A stretch of DNA of 64,000 nucleotides from positions 1 through 64,000 of the forward strand of contig JAUCBJ010004802.1 of NCBI GenBank assembly GCA_032718475.1, in the 5' to 3' direction. Below the pieces are notes generated by a model. That model did no database searches. It had not been told where the DNA came from and saw only the letters and a program-made list of their open reading frames with translations. Within the stretch, counting starts at the first letter, position 1, and every line of letters begins with the position of its first letter. Shown here in pieces: positions 1-12,500 of this stretch. The stretch is from Nemertoderma westbladi (lineage: Eukaryota; Animalia; Xenacoelomorpha). A program made the translations under genes and the position numbers.

Positions 1-119
1 CAATATAAAACATGAAAAAGATCTTTGTTAATTTGAGTTATATATTAAACAATGCAATCTATATGGTGAATCTGCTATCAGATTTACCATAGCATATGTT
101 GTAGATTGATTTGGGGGTG

Positions 120-480
120 TATTTTATTCCTTATTGAATCTACTTTCACTCATAATAATTTTTTGCGATAAGTAATTTGAACTTAAATTGGCAATTGTAA
201 AAAAAACTTGATATCCTATGGCAGTATGGCAAATATGAAAGCAGATTTGGAATCAGCATTGTTTAAAAATATATAATTCATATAAACAAAGCTCCATTCA
301 ATGTTTTGGATTGATTTTTAGCATATTTGATTCTCATTTGAATCTACGCCACTCATCACAGTCGTTTGCAATAAGTTTTTGAACTCAAAGTGGCAATTGT
401 GAAAAAACTTGATGTGGTAGGGCAAATCTGAAATCAGATTTGGAATCAGCATTGCCTAATTATGTATAATACATATGTGC
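120..480. repeat. Degenerate ~200-bp direct repeat (2 copies), probably internal repeats of a DNA-transposon relic
   Basis: TTGAACT(T/C)AAA(T/G)TGGCAATTGT..AAAAAACTTGAT and CAGATTTGGAATCAGCATTG occur at ~178-261 and ~379-454. Confidence 0.45.
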
Positions 481-1180
481 AAAGCTTCTTCCCATATATT
501 AGTTCTCTGTGTATGTCCTAGGCGCAATCAATTGAATGATCGATGAGTTGTGCTGGGCTTAAGCTTTTGTGTGATATCTCAAGAACTACTAGCTTAGCAC
601 TTTTTTTAACCTGTCTACACCCACTAAATCGATGATTGCGGTTCAAATAAGCCTAAAATTAACTCTGTACAACAAATAGAAGCCTTTGTATCAGCAAATT
701 CCATTATATTCTTCGCGTGCAATCAATCGGTGACCAGACACTCAACTTCAGTGTGTTTGAGCTACCTCTAATATTTGATGTACATGCTTAAAATTTCGCA
801 TGTCGTATTTTTTGACAAAATGGAAACATTTTAGGGGGTCAGAGATGATAAATTCCAACCTAAGGACCACCCTAATCTTTAGCCTATTCAACCCCGTAGG
901 CCTACTGCATTGTACCGCTATGTATGAAAAGACTCTGATATTTTTCACAAATTCCCGGTCTCCTCAGGGAAATAGCGGGAAAAAAGACGGAAAAAATTTT
1001 CCCAAAAATTGTAAAGATTTTAGATAAACATGGTTTTCTCAATCAATATTTTTATTATACATAACAGCATAATCTGAGTATAATAATAGAAATACCGGTA
1101 CGAGTATGAAACAATACAAAGCATGCAAAAAATTAATTTCACCATTTTTTTTAGGGAAAGGAGCAGGTTACATAGGCAGG

Positions 1181-2260
1181 CTATTCGGTGGACTTTTCGG
1201 AATTGGTGGACTGGTCTTCATCCATTGACTGAAGTGCTTCAAAGCGGTTTTGAACTTCTACTGTGTAAGCATCCTTTACTGCATTGTCAGTTCTGAGTTT
1301 CTCCCAGTCATAGTTGATTTGCTTGCTTGTCCTGGGTTTGCTGGCTCTCAAACTGAGTCTGATCTCTGCAGTCACAATTCTGTGGTCCAAACCAATTAGG
1401 TTGAACGAGCTGTATGCCTCGCAGTTGATCATGCTGTTTCTCCACTTTTTGTTTATAAGAATGTAATCCAGTTGTGCTTTGGTTCCATTAGGGTATTGAA
1501 AGGTCCATAGCTTCCCCTTACTCTTTTCGAATGTGTTGTTTGTTGGTATCAATTCACATTCTTCCATTAGGTCTAAAAGTAAGTACCCATTTCTGTTAGA
1601 ACTGGTGTTATAGGTGTAACCCTTGATGTCTTCTGGGCCTATATGCGCTTTCAGGTCACCAGCAATGACTTTAACAGTGTGTTTCGGAATGTCCTTTATA
1701 AGTCCAGTCAGATCTTCCTAAAACTTGACTGCTTGTTCTGGATCTGAGCACTGAGGCATTGGTTGGACTGTAGCAACATATAACTGTTGTCTTGGGATTC
1801 CCATCAAATGTTGCGATCATAACCCTGGAATTGACTTAAGTGCAAATGGGGGCTTAGCAGAATTCCTACTCCGCCAATTGATGCATTGGCCGAGTTTCTT
1901 ACTGCTGAGCTTGTTACTAACGTCCATCCATTTCATGTCATTGTACTTCATGGCAGTGTCTTCATGACAAATCCGATGTTCTTGGATGCAGATGATGTTG
2001 ATGTTATATTCCATTGCCAGAGCAACCATGTCACCCTGTTTGGTATGTGCTTTCAGCGTGCGTGTGTTCATTGTAGCAATCTTTAGTGTCGTTTTACATT
2101 TCAACAGGTTGGTTCTTCTTTCTTCTCTGTCTTCTGTTCCAGTAGCCAATTTATCGACCCCAGCCTGGTGTGCCACTGATGGACGCGGTCCTTGTTGACC
2201 CGGGCGACGACTGAGCCGGTATTTCTCCTGGAGGTTTCTCATACTCATAATTAATTGTAA
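1181..2260 (-). mobile_element. RTE-like non-LTR retrotransposon fragment (APE endonuclease domain, degenerate)
   Basis: APE motifs IATMNTRTL, ICIQEHR, GDLKAHIG, WTF..PNG..AQLDYILINKKWRNS, DHR in ORFs 1817-2248 and 1181-1567; frameshifts and stops; no RT. Confidence 0.85.
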
Positions 2261-3433
2261 GCAAATGCAACGGGACCGAAATATGCGCCGCTACAGTGTC
2301 AATCACTAGAGGCCTAGGTTCTGTGGTCAGTATGAAATGATTGACAGAACTTTGATTCATGTAGATTTTGACTCGCTTACAAGTAGAAATATGCTACAGT
2401 TCGTAAATACAATATAATGCAATACTATGCAGTGGGTAGATAAAACTCCTATAACTGAGACTCAAAATTTAGGTCATAGTCCAGTAGTCTTAAAGTAGCC
2501 CATATACTGAAGGATAGACTGTATGCTACTGTACATTATGTAGGCTATGTATGTCTGTCATCTGTACAGCTGTATGTACACCTCTATCTGCAAATTTATT
2601 GAGTTTTCCCTCTGCAATTTTGCGGGCTTGGGGTCGTTTTTTTGTGTTTTTTTTAACACAAAAGGGTGCATTAAAACTCATAAGATTGTATTGTAATAGG
2701 GGCCTACTCTCTGACTGCTAGATCAACCCCCGCTCAATGCATGGCTCGCCCCACAATCAGACAATGCTTTGTTTTATTTTGCACATCATGTGCGCCCCTC
2801 CAATCTAAACGATTTGAACTACACTTGGGCTACTTGGGCCGGGCGCTTGCAAAACTACGTTTTGCAAGCGTTTCTCACTAGTTTGTACGGTACTCTTTTG
2901 TACTAATTTTGCACTCTTTTGTCATTTGTAGGCTTACTATTTTCGCACTTTATTGTACTCTTTTGTATTCTTTTGTACTACCGGTATATCAGTATATTGT
3001 ACTGTTTTGTATTTTTTTTGTACTTTTTTGTACAAATTCGTCGGACCCCTGTCAGGTCAGCCTGTCACCTGTCAGCCTTTCCCTTTGTCAGTTTGTCTAT
3101 AAAAACTTCAGAACTTTCGTCACTCACAGGCACCTCGCAGCCTCGGGCAGTCGGGTATAATTACTTTGCTGTTGGCAGTTGGCTTTTGGCTGTTTTAGAG
3201 TTTGGCTGTTCTGTTGGCCATTCATTTGGGACCGTTGTATGAAACACTTTTGGTGCTTTTATATATAGGCTCTACCTACCTGTACTCGAGTGTACTGCTG
3301 TACGGGCCTGGCCTGCCAGATCCAGACCTGACAGCCTGACCTGAGTCTGTGATCGACTCGTGCCACTGGCCACCCCACCCCCCCACCGGCACGGCGGCAG
3401 ACCGGTAGGCCTACCGCTACCGGTAATACTTAC

Positions 3434-3475
3434 CTTTACATAGAGTGTGAGATCCAGATCCTCCAGGTCACCCAT
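3434..3475 (-). CDS. CLIC: Probable first coding exon of a chloride intracellular channel (CLIC/GST-fold) gene: MGDLEDLDLTLYVK
   Basis: ATG at 3475, 14 codons, then a canonical phase-0 donor AAG|GTAAGT at 3433; matches CLIC exon-1 ends (human CLIC1 MAEEQPQVELFVK|AGSDG). Exon 2 not found in the window. Confidence 0.55.
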
Positions 3476-3866
3476 TGTCTGTCAGAGTGTTCTTCTAATT
3501 ACTGTCAGACTGTTACGATATCGACAATACTGCAATACTGCAATACGCTGATACGTGCAATACAGCAATATTAATAACGCACACTACTGCTGTACTGCAC
3601 TACCTGACTACTGCAGTACTGCAGTACCAAACCAAGTACTTACTGACTTCTGACTGAGCTTGAGCCAGGCAGCTACTGCAGCACTCTGTAGGCTTATCTC
3701 AGTATCTCTGACTGTCTGAATGCTGGTATCTGGGTATCCACAATCCTGCTATCAGACTATCACACTATCCATCCACTATCCGAATACTGCTGTACTGGTA
3801 CCGGTATTCCGCAATCAGGCAATGCAGGTAAGTTAAAAAGGCTGCATGCTGCATGTATCCCTGTGT

Positions 3867-4213
3867 GTGGGGCGAGGCTCGAAGTGAGCGAAGCCTTAGC
3901 ATATGGGTGCCATTGGCGAGTTGTCTGTCGTCGTCGTCGTCGTCTGTCGTCGTTGTAAATTTTTGATCGCTAGTAACTCGGTTACTCCTTGATGAAATTA
4001 AACGAAACTTGGTATGTATGTAGTCCGTCAAAAGTATAGAAATAATCTGAATTTTGGTAAAGAACGAACGAACACAACGAGGCACAAGAGGAGGACGAGC
4101 AGTATTGTGTTGAAGACTTCAAACTAACGGCAGACAACTTGTTAATGGTGCCCATATGCTAAAAGGCTTTGCTCACTTCGTGCTGCGCGAAGGCCCCACG
4201 AACGTGTATCATA
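3867..4213. mobile_element. Non-autonomous element with inverted ends and (GTC)n microsatellite (MITE or DINE-1/Helentron-associated type)
   Basis: 3867-3930 GTGGGG..CGAAGTGAGCGAAGCC.TTAGCATATGGGTGCCATT..AGTTGTCTG is inverted at 4129-4199; (GTC)n at 3926-3952 then AAACTTGGT core; same terminus recurs at 63462-63496. Confidence 0.6.
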
Positions 4214-4342
4214 GGCCTACAATCCTTATATGCGCCCCTACTACGCTTTTCACTACTACATTATGTCCTGGCTGCCTGGCAGCCTGAGAATATAGTGCCC
4301 TGATACATGATCCCGAGCCCGACCCGCTGGCCCCCAAATTTT

Positions 4343-4716
4343 GGAACACCTAAAACTTCGCCCGCGTCCAATCTTCGCCCGGAGCAATCTTCGCCCTCAA
4401 AATGAGCTACAACTACTGTATCGCCCGTCGGAAACCTTCACCCACAGGCAATCTTCACCCGCGAGCAACCTTCGCCCACTAAACAATTATTATTTTGGTT
4501 AGAAAAGGCCGTCTCTGTTACCTGCTCCTTTCCCTAAATTGGTACCTAAAATGTTTACTAACACAAATCGTATTGGACGAGGGTAGCTCGCGGGCGAAGA
4601 TTGCCTTGCGTGTTAAAGGTTTCCCCCGGGCGAAGGTTGGACGAGGGCGAAGATTGGACGCGGGCGAAGATTGTACGCGGGCGAAGATTGTACGCGGGCG
4701 AAGGTTGCACCCAACC
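4343..4716. mobile_element. Merlin-like MITE, GG...CC termini, 8-bp TSD CAAATTTT
   Basis: CAAATTTT at 4335-4342 and 4717-4724; subterminal CTTCGCCC repeats on the left, GGGCGAAG repeats on the right. Confidence 0.7.
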
Positions 4717-5773
4717 CAAATTTTTCTACAAATATAAATGAGATTGCAAGAAATTGTAATCGAAAAAATTCACCCCCTCGTCCTTCCTGGGCAGCTGGGT
4801 GTGGGTTTGCAAGAAATATTAAATCTTTAGCTAATCTGTTTGAAAAAGATGTCTCCAGCGATATTGCACCATTTATTTCACCGCAGTTATTCTTCAACCT
4901 TATACTGAAGTGATTTGTTGGTAGCATTGGAAATATTGCCGGGCAAGGATTCCAAATATGTAAAAAAAGTATGAATTTGCTTAGGAAATAGTTGAGATAC
5001 GGGCGTTGAATTTGCATGTATTTGCTTCGGCTTCAGCTGCAGTCCATTTATTTTAGACCTACTGTGTTTAATAATTACACCATGTTCTGCGTTCTGGAAC
5101 ATTTTGTTTATGTGCGAATATCAAGACATCCTACTGTAAACTAGTTTTAGGAAGCCTTGGTGAATACTCACATCCTCTAGTATTATTATATTGTCATTGC
5201 ATTTGCTCGCACTCAATATAGCCTTCGCCATCAGGGGTAATAAACATACAATAGTTGAATTCCAATTCCCGAAATTCTTCAATTCCTCTTTTTCTAGAAT
5301 GTTGTTATTTTGTCTCTATTATCATAGTCTCAAAGAAATTATTTAAAAAGGAGCAGGTTACAGAGGCACGTTAATTTAACCAAAACAATAAACTAAACAC
5401 AATAGTACATGTTACAGTTTTATTTTTGAGAGTAATCAACTGTTATTTTGGTCCAATTTACCCTGGAGAGGGATAAATTTTTATTGCGTCCAGTTTCCCC
5501 CCTATCTGACAGTATAACCATTTTTATTTGTTGTAAGTCACTTTTTTTGTCAAAGTAATTAACAAGTTTGACAAAAAAATAACACTTTTTTGTCAACAAA
5601 AAAAGTAATGTTTCCATGGCATTAATAATAACATATTGCATTTAAATGGAAAATAAATTAAATATGTAGATAATTTCTGATGCTAGCTAGTTTTTGCTAA
5701 TTTTTTATAAATGTTATATAAAGCGTGTTGGCTATCAATTTTGATAAATATTTTTGTTTTAGAACACTTTTTT

Positions 5774-6132
5774 GGCACTAGTGTGTTATAGCTACACCCC
5801 ACCCCCCCCCAAATTTTTATTACTAGCTAGTTTTTGCTATTTCTTTTTTTTTGAAATGTTCTAGAACATGAAATACATTTAAAAAAAAATAATAAAATGT
5901 TCTAGAACAAATATTTTTTGTTCTAGAACAATATTTAAAAAAATTAAAAAAATTAATGTACTATTTTTCTTTTTTAATAATGTTCTAGAACATGTTAGCT
6001 ATTCAGAACTAGAAAAAAAATAGTTCTAGAACAAATAGTTTTTGTTCTAGAACAGTTCAAAAAAAATGAAATTTTTTTTTTTAATTTTATTTAGAATTTG
6101 TTTCATATAATTTTTAATCATTGCTGGCAAGA

Positions 6133-6167
<35 letters not shown>

Positions 6168-6662
6168 GGTTAGCTAGTATTTTTTTAATAGCTAATTAAA
6201 ATTAAAAATTCACTGTATTGAGGTCATTATACTCAGAAATTAATGATAGTTACAGGATAAATTAATGATTAATGCTTAGAATACATACTGTGTAATATTT
6301 ATTATTTAGCAGACGTCGCGCAGCGGGTAATATTTTCTAATCAAATGCAATAGATCAGAAAATGGATTTTCTTTGTGTAACATCTTCCACCTAAACTCTG
6401 CTAGCTGTTGGGCGAAAGTTGACCTCTTGATACCTATGTTTCGCCTTAGAATGTGGAGTTTGGCGTGGCGGCACTAGTGTAACAAAAAATAAAATTTGTA
6501 TGATTTTTTAATTTTTTGTTCTAGAACAAAAAATATTTGTTCTAGAACATTATTTTTTTTCAAATGTATTTCATGTTCTAGAACATTTCAAAAAAAAGAA
6601 ATAGCAAAAACTAGCTAGTAATAAAAATTTTGAGGGGGGTGTAGCTATAACACACTAGTACC
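5774..6662. mobile_element. Foldback/MITE with ~150-bp TIRs rich in TTCTAGAAC, nested in a related AT-rich element (about 5680-6912)
   Basis: GGCACTAGTGTGTTATAGCTACACCCC at 5774 versus GGGGTGTAGCTATAACACACTAGTACC ending at 6662; flanks CTTTTTT / CTTTTTTT (probable 8-bp TSD with slippage). Confidence 0.65.
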
Positions 6663-7130
6663 CTTTTTTTGCTCTAGAACACATTTTATATTTTTTATAT
6701 TAGCTAGTTTTTTCTAGAACAAGTGTTAGTTATCAATTTTGATAAATATTTATGTTCTATAACACATTTTTTTAGAACATTTTTTAGGAAAAAAACCCAT
6801 ACTACTGTCAGAAAGTCAAATATTTTATTCTAGAAAAAAAAACCTCATGATAAAAGCCTTATTATATGGAAAAAATTGGTCAAACTATGGGTACCAAAGG
6901 TGTAGTAATGCCCGTATTTCACGATGGAAGAAGCTTCGATGGACAGACCTCCGTGTTTTGTACGTCTAAAAATGTGGGCAGAGTAGCTACAACCAACATG
7001 TTTGCAAGAACTTTTACTAGTGGGTATGGGTAACAGGCCACAGGATTGTGCAAATGTTATCGCACTCCCCTCATCTTTTAAATTTTGGGAAATTTCTGTA
7101 ATATTTAAATCAGTGGACTGTCTCGAATAT
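6306..7130 (-). pseudogene. Merlin (IS1595/ISXO2-like) transposase remnants: N-terminus 6914-7130, C-terminus 6306-6469, catalytic middle missing
   Basis: N-term LNITEISQNLKDEGSAITFAQSCGLLP..C...C; C-term by hand translation RHAKLHILRRNIGIKRSTFAQQLAEFRWKMLHKENPFSDLLHLIRKYYPL (EFxW...F..LL..I...YP signature); terminus-like TACCAAAGGTGTAGTAATGCC at ~6892-6912 and ~8053-8073. Confidence 0.7.
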
Positions 7131-7766
7131 AAATGTCTTTGAATGTTTGTACTCAAAATGTCAAAAAACACAAATGAATCTTTAAAATATGAAATGAATA
7201 TAAACGTTCTAGAATTGTGTTGTAGTTGGAAACAATATTTAAATAAACATAGTACACTTATAATATCGGTTAAAATACACAATAAAAAAAATTAAAATGG
7301 TGACCCACTCCACAGTGGTGCCGATGCTGAAATCGGCCCAGATAAAAGTGAGAAGACTTACAACAAATAAAACGATACGTAAGTGGTGACAAAAAGTAAT
7401 ATATTTTGTCTTGCTTTCTTATTTCTCACCACAATAACGCTCGACAAAAAAGCCAACTTTATTTTCCATCACTTAAATAGTTATTATGATACCTAAACAA
7501 GTTTTAGAAAATTTCAAATAAATCTTTAATGACCGGTTATAAAATGGAGGGGTGCTGGTGGTGTTGGTACCCAGTTACATGACAGAGAAAATGTCTTAAT
7601 GAAGAAACATTAATTTGTTCTAGAATAAGCAATATTTAATTAAAATTCCTGTTTACCAATATAAAATATCATAATGTATAAATTGAGAGGCACTAAATGA
7701 AACTAATATCAATATGTTAATAACGTCGTGAAAATAATGTTCCATTAAAAAATAAATCTGCGCATT

Positions 7767-7882
7767 GCATGTTAAATAACGTGGAACATATTTTCACTAT
7801 GCTCTCGACCATTTATTAACCTCTCGGTAAATAAATTATCTCGAGTATAGTGAAACTAATGTTCTACATTATTTACCATGCA
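7767..7882. repeat. Imperfect ~115-bp palindrome (small non-autonomous element)
   Basis: TGCATGTTAAATAACGTGGAACATATTTTCACTATGCTC pairs with GAGTATAGTGAAACTAATGTTCTACATTATTTACCATGCA. Confidence 0.55.
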
Positions 7883-8074
7883 AAATATAATTATGTTTCA
7901 CTACCTAATAAAAAGTAATACCGAACACAATATCAAAATTATACCAGCTACCATCTTAATGTCATAAAGTCAAATACATGTTCTACAACAAAAACCTCAA
8001 GATAAAAGACATTTTCATATGAAAAAAAAAGTCGTCAAAAAATGGGTACGCCTACCAAAGGTGTAGTAATGCCA

Positions 8075-8132
8075 CTGAGTCTCTGCAGTCACAATTCCGT
8101 GGTCCGAACCAATTAGGTTAAACTAGCTGTAT
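8075..8132 (-). mobile_element. RTE-like LINE endonuclease fragment, left piece (interrupted by the BEL/Pao element)
   Basis: Matches 1363-1415 (TCTCTGCAGTCACAATT..GTGGTCC.AACCAATTAGGTT) and continues colinearly at 22406. Confidence 0.8.
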
Positions 8133-8980
8133 TGTAAAGGCTTTTGCGGATCTAGCTTGTCATTTTCCCCGCAAAGTACTCTGTAGGTGTTTTAGCGGAC
8201 ATAAAAAGCCGTTTTCTTACTGTGTAAGTGTTTTAGTGGACATAAAAAGCCATTTTTCTGTATGTGTACTTTAGCGGACATAACAAGCCATTTTATGCCG
8301 CAATACGCCAAAATACTCTTAATACAGTGTAGTTCAGATGACGACATCTATCAGCTGATATGTCGACGTGGAGCTTTTGGCTTTCTTTGTTCAGGCTCAC
8401 TCACTCGACCAATCAGAGCGATTTTCATTTTCTTTGCACAGAAGCCTCCGGGAAATCGCGCAATGCATTATGGTCTTTGTTTACCATTTTTCCTGAGCCC
8501 AGAACATCGGCTTTGGAATTATTCTGTGTTTCAGACTTTAGCCAAACATTAGAACGGCTTTGATTATAGAAACGTATAACTGTTATCAAACCAGTACACA
8601 AACTGGACACACAACACGGCTCAGAACACCGCATTATTTTACTGCTATTTACTGTCGGTTATTAAGTGTTATCATTTGATGGATATGTTGTTATATTTGG
8701 AGAATATCGATAAATAATCAGAAAACCCCAATCTTCTTGATATACTGAAGGTTAGAGAGACCGGTTACATATAGCAATTGCGACTTACATTATAGTGGTT
8801 TTGGAGTGAATTGAATGCTATTTCATAGACCCTACATGTGTCAGTTGCTGTTCTCCTTATATATGATTAAAATTAGTGAAGGTCGGCAGATCAGTGTGCA
8901 GCAGTGTGCGGTATTGTGCATGAGTGTGATAGATAACAAAGCATTTCCTAAAGAATGCGCCTTATACGAAAATCAATAGC
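8133..8980 (+). repeat. 5' LTR of the BEL/Pao element, lacking the last ~335 bp and the PBS
   Basis: Colinear with 21218-22065 (about 10 substitutions counted by eye); similarity stops abruptly after AATCAATAGC. Confidence 0.9.
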
Positions 8981-9199
8981 GTTTAATAACGTTTATTTCA
9001 AACATTGACAAAAACCCATTAAAGGGTATATATATATATTATAAATCAACTCAAACCGATTTATGAAACAGTAGGCCTGTCATACACCAATTAGGTCTTA
9101 ATATCAGTTGGACTACTGCTTAAATAACGGTAATAAAGTAAAGTAAAGTAACCAAGTAACCACTAAAATTCAGAAATTCAATTATTCTAAAATAATTGA

Positions 9200-9452
9200 C
9201 ATACCGGTATTTACAATAGGCTTATTATATTTATTTCTATAAATTTGAGCTGAAATTATATACCGGTATTCTGTAATTAATTCTAGTCTATAATTATACT
9301 TATATACTATAAGTGTAAGTTGTATACCGGTATTCACGATAGGCTTATTATATATTTATATATATTAGTGCTGAAATTATATACCGGTATTCTGTGACAA
9401 ACCTAGTCTGTAATAATACTTATATATATACTATAAGTGTATACCGGTATTC
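9200..9452. repeat. ~123-bp tandem duplication with recurrent ATACCGGTAT palindrome in the BEL 5' leader
   Basis: ATACCGGTATT..ATAGGCTTATTATAT..GCTGAAATTATATACCGGTATTCTGT occurs twice. Confidence 0.6.
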
Positions 9453-9590
9453 TAATATATTGTGTATATATATCACGTTACACTGAGTAACGATATCGGT
9501 AATTAATTACTAGGCTTATAGTTGATACTGAATTACTAGACTTGCTTTAACTGTAGTTCTAGCAGTAGGCATCCAACTGTATAAACAAAC

Positions 9591-12500
9591 ATGTCTGACA
9601 CAAAGCAAAACCTGTCAGACAGTCTCCTAGATACAACCATCTGTGATCCAGATAGGAGTGCGGAACGTTTGAGACCGAAGTTCAACTCCCCTCCTACTGT
9701 AAGAAAGGTCATCCCTCCAGTAGTAGTATCAGACCCTAGGCTAGTCAAACACCGTAGGTCTATCATAGGCACTCGGGCTCAAGTCAAGCGGGACCAAGAA
9801 GCAGCTGTTAAACAGCAGCAACACCCGAGCCGAGAACTTATTTCTCAGCGGCCCGATAGCTCCAGTAGTTCAGATACTGTAGAGTTGACACCCGAGCGCG
9901 GAGCAAGGATGGCAGATGCGGTTTATTCGGATCCACTTCTCATTCTTCCTGCAGCCATACTCACTAGGGTATTGATTGCGGTGGAGGAACACCAAATCGA
10001 TTGGGCGAGAAGTAAGCGATCGACCAAGGACAGTTATGCGGGATACACAAGGGAGGAACTGAAGTCTATTGTCGAGACGCAATGGAACTTTCCCGGACCC
10101 GGACTCCCGTTTAACTTATCGGAAGCTGCCTGGGAGGACTTATACAGGATGGGAGTGACAAAGGACACTAGTGATCCAGCTGTATGGAAGAGGTCGGCAG
10201 CAGGATATGTACAGGGATTCTTCAGCTCTTTGGAGGCAGAGGCTGAAAGAAAAGCGGCAGAAGCGGAAAGAAAAGCGGCAGAAGTGGAAAGGAAAGCGGC
10301 AATGGCAGCGGCAGAAGCGGAAAGAAAAGAGGCAGAAGCAGAAAGAAAGGTAGCAGCGGCAGAAGCGGAAAGAAAAGCGGCAGAGGCAGTGGCAGAAGCA
10401 GAATGGAGGGCATCTGAAGAGACCACCCAACTAGAGTTGGAAAATCTTCAAGAGAAGCAAGACTACATAGATAAACAGAGAACAGCTACTCAGTGGCAGA
10501 TGATAAGTCGATCCACCCCCAAGCGACAGGGCTTTACATCATCGGATGAAGGCGATACAACAGATCCTGAAGGCGGAGGAAATAGATCTCGTCCCAGCAG
10601 GCGTAGAAGAATGCCCCACCGTCAGAAATTGCCTGATTTGCCCCCAGCTGTGAGAAGGCAACTAGCTAGCACGTACTTAGGTAGTACAGAACCCACAGAC
10701 CAAATTATTAGAGTAAAAAGACTCCCTACTATAGTAGATGAGCCTGAAATAATTAGGCCTGTTCTCGAAGCTACCCCCTCTGTGATAGAGACCCCTGTAC
10801 TTCCAGAACCCAACTCTAAATTCCCTTTGCACAGCACTAAACTACCTGTGCCCAGCAGAACAACCCCTGAGACAGTTCCTGTCCTGGACTCCGAGCGAAA
10901 TATCAACGATTTGTCGCCCGTTGTCCCTCGTCTACCCGCTACTGTGTTGGCGGCTCCCGCTTCGGCGGTCGAGTGGGTGGATGAGGGGCGGCGGGGGATG
11001 AATCTCCTGCTCGGGCAGATGCAGGAGACTGTTCAACAATTCAAGAGAACAGTAAGGGAAAGTAGGTTAGAGTTGCAAGAAGTGCAGCAGAATATCGCGT
11101 TAGAACGCGATAAATTAGTAAATATACAAAAGGGTATACCACCACACCCTGTAACAATGTGTCAACCTGTTAGGTCTGAAGTATTTCATGCGCAAGGTGT
11201 GGAGCCTACATGCATCTACACTGCTAGTGAAGTAGAAACTCCTATAGTAAACCCTATTAAGGGTAATTATAAACCTGTTGACAATGATATTCCATATAGA
11301 TCTGATCCTAATCCGAGAAATTTATATACCGATAACTCGATATTAAATAATACGATGGCCCAAGAAAGTTTTACGCGTCAAATGGCTAGAACCGAAGCCC
11401 GTCAAGTGGTAAAGGTGGGAGAGATCATCAAGTTCAATGGAGATGAGATGAAATGGTTACCTTTTAATGAATATTACAAAGATAACATACAGAACTCTGT
11501 ACTATCTAACGGAGAGAAACTTAGATTCCTCATCGAGTGTTTGGAAGGACCTCCCAAGTTAATGGCGTTAAAGTTTATTGGACATCCAGATGGATTAAGA
11601 CAAGTTTGGGATACACTAAACATCAGGTATGGTAATAGGACAAACATAGCTAGGTATTTGTATGCAAAATTGGTAGCACCCCGAAAGTTCCTTAGCAGCG
11701 GGATTATCGAGTTTTCCGATGAGATTCAGGAGATCTGTAGACAACTAGATTGGTTAGGTAAGTCTCATGAATACCAGAATTCTATGGTTGTAGGAGCCTT
11801 AGCATCAGCTTTGCCAAAGAGTGAAGTAGGTACTCGCTGGGACAAAAAGGTTCTCTATTTGATGGACCAACAACATAGAGATCCAACCATAACGGACCTT
11901 CTGTCATTCTTAAACTGAGAGGTAAGATTACAACTCCTAAAACAGTCTAGAGAGAAGACTCCTGAAAGTGAGGTAAGTGAAAATTCCGTTTCTAGGCGAA
12001 AGGTAACACCAGTGTGTTATACCGACGACGGCAAAAGCCAAACCTCCCACGAGGAGAACAGCGGGAAAGACTCCGAAAGATCTTACTATGTCAACAACGC
12101 ACCTAAAGACGTAAGTCAATTTAAGTCTCGAACCAGTGACAGGAGAGAACAGACAACAAAAACTCCTCCCACGTCTCCTAAGAGAATTCATGGAAGAAAG
12201 CCCGAGGAGAGAACAAGTGTGCACAACACCATACAAGGTAAGGTAAGTAACATCAAGCCCAAATGTGTATTGTGTGACGGGCCCCATCGCTTGAGTGGGT
12301 GTGATGAATTCTTAAAGAAATCCCTAAAGGATAGACGTGATGTCATGTGGGATAAGCGGTTGTGTTATAATTGTCTCAGACGAGGACACCAACGGCGGAC
12401 CTGTTACTCAGATGCTAGGTGTGCTAAGTGCGGTGCGAAACATCATATCTTGCTGCACACAGAATTTGAAAGAACCCGCACGAGTCAGGTAAGTGAGCCC

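Noticed and set aside
2909-3242. Hydrophobic 83- and 107-aa ORFs
   Set aside because: T-rich low-complexity TTTTGTAC sequence with non-ATG starts; probably intronic
8262-8634. Duplicated 96-aa ORF (also 21347-21637)
   Set aside because: Lies inside the LTRs; duplication reflects LTR identity, no recognisable domain
10034-10430. Low-complexity antisense ORFs over gag
   Set aside because: Shadow frames of the AEAERKA repeat
11916-11918. Programmed stop read-through between BEL gag and pol
   Set aside because: BEL elements normally have one ORF; the TGA lies before the zinc knuckles and is best explained as CGA>TGA decay
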